DNA of 64,000 bases. It comes from Trichinella spiralis (lineage: Eukaryota). Below, one piece after another: positions 32,340 to 43,500 of the stretch. A model generated the notes under the pieces. It was not told the DNA's origin. It saw only the letters and a list, made by a program, of their open reading frames with translations, and made no database searches. Within the stretch, counting starts at the first letter, position 1; the number at the start of each line of letters is the position of its first letter. The translations under genes were made by a program, and so were the position numbers. The DNA is taken from assembly GCF_000181795.1 (NCBI RefSeq), contig NW_003526948.1, positions 1,191,444 through 1,255,443 of the forward strand. The letters run 5' to 3'.

Positions 32340-33756
32340 CTGAAAATTCACCGAATACCTCTCACCTGGTTGTTCTCGACGAATAAATCAGTCAAGTCAT
32401 CATTCAGTGTAAAAATTTAAGGAAGTTTTATTTAGCAAAATTGGCTGATCAAATTTCAACAGATCAATGAAAAAATCATGATAACCTAGCTAGCTAGCTA
32501 GCTAGCTAACTCTAACCTGAACAACAACAACTATCAGGCAAAATGATCGAAGCCTCAAACGTTGCCCTCTCTGCTTGGCTAATTAATGACCTCAAACCGC
32601 TGACAAACAAAACAGCCAAGAAATTCAAATCTAATTGTGTCTCTGAAGAATATTCAAAATTGCATCAAGCAATGATTTATTTGCCGACAACTTATTCAAC
32701 CGGGATCATTGCAAACCGCTTTCATTATTAATCATGCTATCAGTCAGAATCATCGTTATCATGAGAAACAAACAGCTGCAACAACACCACATACAGATAA
32801 AAAAAATATGAAGCTTCTTTAGCAAAAACAAAAAAGCAATATATTTAAAACACCGCAAAATCTATTTGGAAAAATGTACTGAAAATGGAACAACTAACTA
32901 ACTATCTATCTATTCCTTTGATGCTAAGAATCATTCATTTGTAACATCAATGAATCTGTACGCGATTGAATTAACATCATTACATCATCAGAGAAAAAAA
33001 CAATTACTAAAATTGGTGGCAATTCACATTCAAAATTAAAAAAAAATTAATATGAATACAAAAGCAAAAAAGAATCACTAATTAATGTTACAGGCACATT
33101 ATTACTTTTTAAAAGAATTAAAAATTCTATTCACTTCAAAAATACACTGAAACACTGGACAATATGTAAAAAAGTAAAATAAAATAGATACCCAACGTGA
33201 ATAAAAATGCAAAGAAAAAAAAAGATAAACTTACAACAGCAAAATAAAATTGATGATCGAATCGAAATGCAAATTAAGTGTAAAGTCGAGCTGGAATCAA
33301 TGATTTCTATATACTTTTTTTGAAAATTATCACTGAAACGTTTCAATCTTAAAAATACAATACAATCGCAGTATTCTGACAATGTACAATCATCCAAAAA
33401 CAACAGCAACACAAATGCAAAATTATTCGAAAACAACTTTACTTGAACGTCTTCAGACTTTAGATGATAACAGTTTGCATAATAAGTAGTATGTAAATAA
33501 TAAGCTGTACTCGTAATAGAAGAAACAACCAGAATAACAGGGAACAAAATAAAATTTTCGTAGCTTTTCTTAATCACCATATATATATATATATATATAT
33601 ATATGCATATGATGTAAAAGAATGATTCTATTATATTCGTATGAACATGAAAGTGTCAAATTGACCAATCGCAATAAAAGCAACAGTTGTACACCACCAT
33701 CACCAGTAGCAGCACCACCAACAACAACAACAACAAAGCAACTCAACAAATAATAA

Positions 33757-33837
33757 GTGCATTAATTAAATAAATACAAAACAGTTGTGCAATAAATAAT
33801 ACATCACAACTGTGTTGTATTTATTTAATTAATGCAC
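33757..33837. repeat. Inverted repeat, 33-bp arms (1 mismatch), 15-nt loop, in the presumed INPP5F 3' UTR
   Basis: GTGCATTAATTAAATAAATACAAAACAGTTGTG (33757-33789) versus CACAACTGTGTTGTATTTATTTAATTAATGCAC (33805-33837). Confidence 0.93.
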
Positions 33838-33892
33838 CATTATTAATATTTGGTTGTATATGCGCAAATTTGCCGCATATACTACTTGCAAA

Positions 33893-36800
33893 TTAGAGTA
33901 ATATGAATTTTGTGCGAGATTTGTCGATCAAATCACGTTGGGCAGCATACCGATCCGCATACTTCGGGCCTACAGTTTTCTGCGTTCTTTCTTGAAGCTG
34001 CTTGCTAACCGATCGGATCGCATTCTGGTACAGACTATTCAACGTACCAATCAACGGTGCAGAAGATCGAAATGATTTCGTCATTTGCTCACTGCAAGCC
34101 AAATTATTTTCTTCAACTCGATACATATCTATCATCAATGATTCGGGATCTTCTGCGGACGGTAGTTTATTATTTTCACCGTACTGAAGAAAGGATTCAT
34201 CGTTTTCATTGGAAAAAATCAACAAATTGTCAGAATCTTCCTTCTCTTCATAATCATCATCATCATCACCATCACCATCATCGTCATCATTTTCATTATC
34301 AGATACAGACTGTTGATTAAAATGTTGACAAAGATCATCCATTGAAACAGACAAACGCTTAGTAATTGCTTTAGCCCGACAATTTGTATCTGCAACTCTA
34401 CAGACAGCTGATCTGAAATAGTAGGCATTGTCCAACGTGTCAACCGCATCAATCGGCACCAGCAAGTGTTGGCGAGCAAATGTGGATCGAAAACAACTGA
34501 CAATAGAATTCAAATATTCGCCAGTGCTTTCGTTGGGATCAAATGGAACGAGTCGATTTTCGACAACTTTGAAATTACTAGCGAACCATTTGTTCGCTTT
34601 GAAACCGTCCCTACGACGATACTCAATTCGTATGCACTTAGCTTTGGAATGGGATATTGGAAGTGTTGCTGCCGAAGGATGATCGCCAATCTATAAAAAA
34701 GAACAAAAGAAATTTCCACAACTGACGCAAATGTAAGTAAGATTTGATTGAAAAACGTGTGCGGGCTCTCACCAAAATGGCGGTAATATCCCGCAGCGGA
34801 ACCACGGAACACGTAACATATCCAGGAACGTACTGACCGAACCGAAATACGTAATAATTTTCTTCGGTCAGAAGAACCAAACAATCCATGTCGTCCAGTT
34901 GATCTTCGCTTAAACACGGATCCAATTCCTTCCTCAACAGCCATCTGTCGACGACAATTTCACTCTTGTCCATCCGATGATCTTGGCACAGTTTCATCAA
35001 ATCTTCAAAAGCGGTTTTATTGAATACTGGCCAGAGTTGATCGGCGTGATGATCATCAGTGGAAGTGGACGACTTGAACAGATCATCGGTCAGTCGACCG
35101 AGAATGCAGTCGGTAGCGACTTGGATCTTAGCACCAGAACCATAGCTCAAGTAATAACGACTGATCGAAATGTAGCCGTCCTTGAGTACGGCTGAGAAAT
35201 TCAGCCTGCCGGTGCGCGTGCAGTGGCCCTTCATGGCGTTCGTACCCGCATACTGGCAACTGAGCCTGTCGCCGTTGTCGGCCCAGATTGTTCGAAATTT
35301 CTTCTCCACACCCTGGTCGAGTTCCACTTCCGGAAGCAGAACGCCAAACTTTCGCAGCTGCTCCTCGAGCTTGAATTTCGCGATTGCCGTTTGAACCAAA
35401 TTTGTCCGATCCTGTTGTGGTTCCAATTCACACAACTGCAAACAAACAAACAAACAAACAAACAAACAACTCACCAAACAGTCGACGCAGTTGACTCGAA
35501 AAACGCCGTTCTGCTTGCAAGCGGCTTGGCCGTTTTTGTCAATCCAAGCGAACCTCATATCCCGAATCTGCTGCCGCAAGCCGTCGAGCAGCATGCGCAA
35601 ATTTTCGATTCGAGTGAGGCCACAGCGAGTGTTGTAGTCGAAGGCGACAAAGATGAGCCGGTCGTCGTTGCACTTGAGAACCAAATTCAAAAAGGTATCG
35701 TCCAGGGGCTTCTCCCTGCCGGTCGGATCGACCAGGTTGACGAACACCAACGGCGCGCCGTAAACGGCAAGCTGCTGTTCGACGTGACGCTTAAAAGCGG
35801 GCATGGTTTCGGCTTTGGTAGCCAGAATCTCGAGCCGGGGTTCGTGCAGTTTGCCCGTGTGAGACCAGAAGGCCGGTATCGAGCCACGGACCAGCACAAA
35901 CGAGGAGACGTGCCCGAAAGCGGAAACGATCTGCTCAGTTTCGACATAATTGGCGCAGTTGCCTTGGGAATCCATGCCGCGCTTCAAGTTCCTCGGTCCG
36001 GCTTGGAATACGCTGCGTCGACTGATCAACGCCAACGTGGTCACTTGGTCCAGTTGCTCGACCGCCGCGAAGCCGCATATTATCGGCCACAGCCAGCCCT
36101 GCTCAAACAGCTCCCTGGCGCTTGGTGATCCGTCACCGCCGGTCAACATCCTCACCAAACTGTAGTTCCAACAGAAGCGCGACTTCTCCACTGACGTCCA
36201 ACGATCGGCATTCTCTTCGGCCAGTTCGACCATTGTACGAGTCAAGTCGGTCTTGTGACAGTAGAAGAAGGCGTGGTACTCGTTGAACAAGCGCATCACA
36301 TCTCTCAGCAGTCTGCACCGTCGACGGACCGTGTTCAAGTAACTTTTCTCCCGTTTGTTGATCCTATTCACGCACTTTTTCACCGCTGACACGCCCCGTT
36401 CCGCCAGATAATAATTCGACGAGATTGTCGCCAAATTTCGCCGTTCCCTGTCCACCAAATCCGAGCTGTGACGAGAGCACGGAAGCAACCGACAGTCCAA
36501 CGCTTTTTCTTGCTCATCTTTCAAAGGCAACGCTTCAACACGACCAACCGCAAATATGTCTTCTCTGGTCAACGGATGCGTGCCGACCAGTTGACGTTCA
36601 GCAATCAATAGCAAATGTTCAATTCCGATGAAGTCGACTCGCAAAATTCCCACAATTCCGAAAACAATACCCAAACACTTGTATTCGGAAGAATTGTAAA
36701 ATTGTTCTTCTGAAAATAAATTATACAAACAACAATCATATTTCAACTGAAAATCCACCCACCCCGCATATACGTTTATAAAATATTAAAATAAAAGCAT

Positions 36801-36902
36801 ACTCAATTCTCCAGTAAACAGCCTTCCAGAAATGCGGGAAACACGCAACACCGATTCTCCTCGAATAAACACATAATCACTCGGCGAAGCTAACAATTCC
36901 AT
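33893..36902 (-). CDS. INPP5F: Phosphatidylinositide phosphatase SAC2 (INPP5F-like); 4 coding exons
   Basis: Exons about 36902-36803 (MELLASPSDYVFIRGESVLRVSR), 36709-35475, 35411-34773 and 34690-33893. Sac motifs: LISRRSVFQAGPR..KRG.D..GNCANYVETEQI, SFVLVRGSIPAFW, GVFRVNCVDCL/DRTNLVQ, WADNGDRLSCQYAGTNAMK; followed by an hSac2-like region and an acidic tail. Confidence 0.93.
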
Positions 36903-39900
36903 TTCGTTCGACTGAAAAAAAATTACTACTTTAAAATATCTATAAATACAAATATATATGATCGCAACTCTTTCAAAATTTCAAAAACAAATATCGATCA
37001 TAAACTGAACACTTGAGGACAAATTTAAATTATTATCATTGAAAAATAGACAAAAAAATGAATATAAATTTTTAAAAATACAGAAAATGGAATCAATTTT
37101 GACTTGAATTGAAACTGAAAAGGGGCTCTCTTTTGCACCAAATGAAAAATCCAACCACACTAACAAAACCATTTGCTTGCATTAACATTTCAAATAAACG
37201 CTTGCTAATGTTTTCTGATCACGGAACAAAAAATATCACAAATAATCAATGCATCGAAAAAGTAACATTTTTCCATTAGAAATGCTCACTTTACGTCAGC
37301 AAAAATTTTCAAACACTCACCAAGCTGAACAACGCCACAAACAAAAGTATAATACAACGATGGTTGTTTCAAAAAAAAGGAACATCGAACACTTTCAATG
37401 AACTGTACGTATCAATACGAATGAAGGAAAAAAAAATAATTCATCAGAAAATTTGGCCAGCTGTTCACCAACAAATTTAAAATAAGAAAAAAGGACCACT
37501 TTTTACAATCAAACCCCAAAATTTAAATAAATCAATATAATTTTTCACTTGAATGCATATAATAAAAATTTACAAAGTGTGATAACATCGAAGATTAAAG
37601 ATTAGTCAAATTATTAAACAGAGTACAATAATCAAAAACATACCATTGATACTTGAGATCAAATTTGACAAATAATACGAAATAAATTAACAAACAGTTC
37701 ACACGAATTTCTAAAAGCATCAGACTGAACTACGCTGTAGTTACGGTAGTTAATCAAAAAAGAGTAAAAGGACAAGCAAGTACATTCATACGTGCGCATG
37801 CAAATAAGTTAACAAACAAAGGTAAATATAAAGAAAAACTATTGCTTGATGACTATTTTAGATTTTAAAAGCTGAAAAATATTTTTTTAATTGGTAAAAA
37901 TTACATCCAATCGACAGCAATTACAGCTCAATCAACTTTGTCAATTGTTTCTATCAAGCAACAAATATGAAAAGTCAATTTCGCACCTTTCCAATTATTG
38001 TTCTTGTTACTTGCACTGGAAATTCAAAATGAAATTTATAATCACCAGGAAACGTCAAGTGCAATTTTCTCAACATTCTCCAGACAATTATTCATTTTAT
38101 ACATTTCCGATAAACAGTTCATTCAACATTTATATGACAATTCTGACAACATTGAACAGAAGAATCATTTATTAATTTCTTCTTCTTCATATTATTATTT
38201 ATTTCAAGTCATAGTGAAAAATTTTAATTTCACGTTTAAGTCATAAGTGAAAATTTTATTGATTAACGTTCAACTTTTAAAATAAAATGACTCGTAACAT
38301 TTCATAGTACACGTTCAATTGTGAGAAAATAAAATGCTAACAGCTATTACTGCTGGTGAATTTTTAAAAGCACAATTCCATTTCTATTGAATCTTGATCA
38401 CCTTCAGAGAAAAACAAACCTTTGCACCGCAATGACATCAATATAATTTAAAATTACTTAATTTTACAATACCAAAAACAACAAACCTATATAAACTTCA
38501 TTTCAACTTTCATTAGCAAATTCAATTCATAATACATCTCATTGCTTAAATATGCTAAAAGATAATCTAAATAAATAAAAAAATTTTTTAATGAAACATG
38601 TGCAATAAATGGTCAAAATTTACTTATGATGATCTCTAAACTCTATACCACTAACATATATATATATATATACTGCTGATTGAAACCAAAAGTAAAATTA
38701 ATAAACAACTACTTAAAGAAAGAATGTATAACAAAATGTGATGACAATAACTGCCAAGCATAAAATCTAGAATTATGAAAATTACATATGACAGCGTGAA
38801 AGATATCGTAAACTAAACTTTTACGAAGTTTAACTTACGTAAATATTAAGTAGAGAAACACAAACTAGGCACTTGCTGCACCACCAGCTACTTTGAAAAC
38901 ACCGAATTACAACTTCAATAATAACAACATTCCCATTTGACGAAGTGGGAATTTAATAATTCACAACAAAAAAGAATACTGTAGATGAAAAGTAAAAGTA
39001 AGTACATGAAAAATATTTTCTGCAGTTAACTTTACTTTCTTAATATAAGCAGATTAAATGCAGTTTTTTATTTTATAATTTTACTTTTAACAAAATATGA
39101 TGTTTATTGAAACAATATAATATTGATTCAACAAATAAGTAGTGTTTTTAAAATTCCTTACCAAAATTAAAAACTTACCAAATTCCTTTTAATTATTTGA
39201 ACTGAATTTAACAATTTACTCAATTATTAAAATCAACTGCTATTATTTACAAATTTTGACTAAATTTTAAGGCACAATAATTTTATTCAGCAAAAATGTA
39301 CCATTCTGCTATATTCAAAATATTCGATGAATCGCAACTGCAATTTATTTTGCAACTTAAGTGTTTGATAATAAAACTTCCTTTATTGCAATATCATTTT
39401 GGAAATCTTTAGAACAACATAAAGTATCTACTTTAAATGTCTGTCTATTTTTATAATAATTGGAAAACAATTCATTATTCCTCGTATGCTACTTGCTTTA
39501 TGACAAAATTAATGGATTGGAAGTCGATTACAGTTCGGCGGTTCCATTACTCTCCAAGTAACTGTAACTTCAGAGCTTAGCTTAGGTAAACTATGCTTGG
39601 GGTATTATAAAAAGGCAAGATGATAAACTGATGTGTCAATTCTTCACATAACAGTGTCAGCTCAACGACTTTTCTGTAGTGATGTATCGTTCTCAGAGGA
39701 CCATGGATGAAAACAAATCAATGCTTAGAAATGGTTTTGTTTATATTAAAGATCCGTTTTAACGGAAAGCGATTTCGTTTTCAAATTCTACTTTGAAATT
39801 TTGAACTTGAATGTTCAGCTTTCTTTTGTTATTTCATTTAGGAAATGCTGAAAAAAAGTCAAGCAGCCACCAAAAGGATCAGAATTGCAATTAAAAAAAA

Positions 39901-40572
39901 TAATTTTCCACATTCCCTTCTTTGTCAAAGCAAGGAAGCTTTAACCATTTGACCAAGTAATGAATGTTATGCGTGAATTATAATTTGTGTTTAAATGGTA
40001 ATTTTTACCATGTTTTTCTTGCATATTTATGAATACTTTCTGAAAAGTATTCAACTAGTTTTGTTGAGTGATTTGAAAGATAATAACACGCATCTAATAT
40101 TTTAAATTTTAAAATTAAATGAAATAAGTAAGTTTATTGACATTGCTAAGTTGGAAGTTGTTGCACAAATTGCTTTGAACCACAGCGCAGCACATGAACT
40201 GCCAGAAATTCTACCACTGTTCAAAATGAAAATTTTGAATAATTAAGCTCTGAAAAAAGAAAAAAATATATATATACATAGAACACAATGGCAATCAGAA
40301 TACTGACAGTTCTGCGCAACATCTTGCAGTTCAAAGCCCATGAATTCAAAATAGTCAATGTTATCAAAAGCCAAAACTGTGGCAAAATTACAACAAAGAA
40401 AATCAAACACTCATTTTCCAATTTCATCATAAAATGGTTGAACCATGAGTAAAAAAGAAAAATTGAACATTACATATCCGTTGTTTCCGTTGTTTAGAAC
40501 AGCAAATGAAAAAATGAAAAAGAAAAAAGATGACATATTTATTTATATGTAGATTTTTCTTTAATTTTCGAT

Positions 40573-43500
40573 TTACCAGTTCAAAGTTGACATCACATGA
40601 TGATGATGATGGTCAGCTTTTTGGCTAACTATTGACACCGGAGTGGTGTTGTAAACATGACGACTGCGGAAAACTTCTTCACTTCCCATCTGCATATCCG
40701 GACTAGGTTGTGACCTGATTGCTGTTTCTTCCATCATGTAAGTTATTTCACCTTAAATACATGTCAAAATTATTTTCATCCAACAGAATAAATATAATAT
40801 AGAATTCGTACAACAATTGCAAAAAAATCCTTACTATTTTGATGCGCTTCCAGTGATGCAACTGCACCATCGTCGGTGTGCTGCATCAGAAAATTCCCTG
40901 GTTGCATTTGCGATGGATTAATTAATGCAAGTTCTCCTTGTGAAGGTCCACTATTTTGCTCATGAGTACCGGAATATGGATCACAGTAGTATCCCATATG
41001 GCTGTGATAATACGGATCTGCCATTCGAGTAAGATTGTCTGAAAAAGAGTATACAGAAAATATCAGTTGGAGTAGCGCAATTTCAAGTTCACTAACACAG
41101 TTCAATTGTTGAATCAAACTAATAATTTAACAATATCCAGGAGAAAATTGATTAAATTTCAAAATTTTCTTCATGCTTCAATTAATTATATTTCAACCCC
41201 TAGTGAAGTTTAACCTGAATATTTATTCAGTTCTGCAATCTGTGATTTCTTTTATAAAATTTCAAATGTTAAAAAATGCCTTTTTTTGCTTGTTGACAAT
41301 GCGTTGATGCTTGTTAAGCATTTTTTACAGAAAACCGCAAAAAACGATTTTTAAATTGCACTTTTAACAGTGACATTCATTTTCACGAAGATGTTTGAAT
41401 ATTGCGCAAATAGTTTTCTGAAAAAAATGCCGTTTGACTCATCACTTTGCACTGCTGATGCAATGCAGCGTTTATTCATTTAGCGGAAGTCATTTTTAGA
41501 ATGTCGAATACTGTTTTTTATGGGCATAATAATAATAGCTATTTCAATTGTTAATTTTTTCAAATCTCTCAAAACAGTGTCTGAATATCTCACTCAGTAA
41601 AGGTATCAATTTTACAATATTTCACATTTAATATATTTATGTCATATAAATATTTAATGAGAAAGCAAATATGTAAAGAATAATTCGATGCTTACATTAC
41701 AATTTACAATTTTATATATATTTAATGTAAGCTTTAGAGTTTCAAAAAATGGAATAACTAAATAATATAATTTAGTGCAATTTGAGCTTTGTTTTTTTCT
41801 AGAGGAACAGTTCACTTTTTTAGCCAGTTAATTTTCAAGTCTTATGATTGAAAAAACAGTTCTATAGAATTTATGAAAAGTGAAATAAAATTAAAAAGTC
41901 AAATTCTTTTCTGTTGAACAATAGAAATAAATGAGCAGGTGATTTTGAAGTTATTTAGTAGTAGGTAAATGTAAGATTAATCGAAATTTTTGTCACTCAT
42001 AAAATAGCAGTTTAAAAATCAAGCAGCTGCGGTGTAGTTAGATAGGATTTTTTGAAAGTGTTACTGGAACGTTGCGTAGTACGTTGATTATTTCATATGC
42101 TAATTGCAACTCGATCGACGACTCTAATCGGCCATTACTGAACTAAGCAAGCGGCAAATGACCGTCGGTCAGCAGTTGCGCAACGCCGCTGGTGCGCATA
42201 CGAAAAAGCGGCTTAACTGAAACGCGACTATCATCTTAAAGCTAGCATAGATGTTAGCTTTCTGTTCACCGATCTGATAATGGTTTAGCTTTGCAGCTGC
42301 GCGGCCATTGATCAAGCCCAAGATCTGTTTATGATCGAAGATAGAAAGAATCGATCGAGCATAGAATGAAGACCCTAAGGGCCCTGAAAATGGCGTTTCC
42401 CCGGCACTCTTTTATCCTTCGTATCTGCGTTCCGCAAGGGGCGACCGTCTTATGACGGACACGTCAATACCAGCAACGACTGGCCATCGCTCAGCTTCCA
42501 ACAAACAACACGCCGAGTGAAGCGTGAAAAGAGGCAGAAGAAGACTGAGAGAAGAAATGAAACTGAAGAGTCTGTTTGTAAGAGAAGGTAGCCAGCTAAT
42601 AATCGATTCATCTCCCCTCCCTGCAGGGCTCCTACGACTCCAAAACGATAAAACTCGAGAGTTGATTTTCTCAGTGGACATAGAAAGCGGTGTGAAAAGC
42701 AGTCAATTGACCATCACCTGGGAAAAAGCTTGCCCCGGCTAGTCCAGCTTCGGCTCGTAAAAGCGAACTTCTAGCACGACGACTTCCCGGTCGAAAGGCT
42801 CCAAATCGCAGCTGCTTAATGCGCCGTTCTTTAGAGCGTCGATTTTGGAACCAAACCTAAAAAAGCAATGCATAATTAAAGTATTCAATAACAAGAAAAT
42901 GATTCGCATTCTCTTCTATTAATAATCACAAAAAGCAAATTTATATTTGATCATTTAATTTAAAAAGCATTAACCAAAGTAATGGCTTTTTGTATCGCTA
43001 TGAGCTTCTTTGTATGATATAAATAATTTCATGATGGAAATTTGAAGCGCGTGCAAAAATAGACCAATTTTTTTCTTTTAAATTCCTCTGTTTATTAAAT
43101 TTTGTTTGTACAGCATCAAGGGTTTTCAAAAGCGGCTTACTTTCCTGTATGAAATTTTGAATTTCAGAAAATATACTTCAAAATTAACGTCATTCAAGCA
43201 ACTTATTCAAGCAAACATTTCGTTTGCAGCGTTATGCCAAAAATGTCCACTACATTAATTAAGTCATTTACGTATTTTTCAACTCCTCTTATTTTATTAT
43301 CAATTAAAATGTACAATAAATGGAATGGTATTTTTACAAAGTATTTCATTAAAAATTGTGCAGAAAAACAGTCATTATTCATTAAATTTGATGATATACC
43401 GTAAACTGGAAATATTACATGGCAAAAAATAATAAAAACATAATAGACAGATAATATAGAGAATGCTAAATAAACAGTTCTTCATGATAAGCTGGAAGTC

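Noticed and set aside
33131..33580. 149-aa hydrophobic minus-strand ORF between INPP5F and the Mpv17-like gene
   Set aside because: Low-complexity T-rich sequence typical of a 3' UTR or intergenic DNA, with no recognisable motifs.
35223..36128. 301-aa plus-strand ORF
   Set aside because: It is antisense to the GC-rich INPP5F exons, runs through the microsatellite intron (QTNKQTNKQT) and has no recognisable domain; a shadow ORF.
39613..39635. AGGCAAGATG, the 5' end of miR-31/miR-72
   Set aside because: Only about 10 nt match and I could not find a complementary arm.
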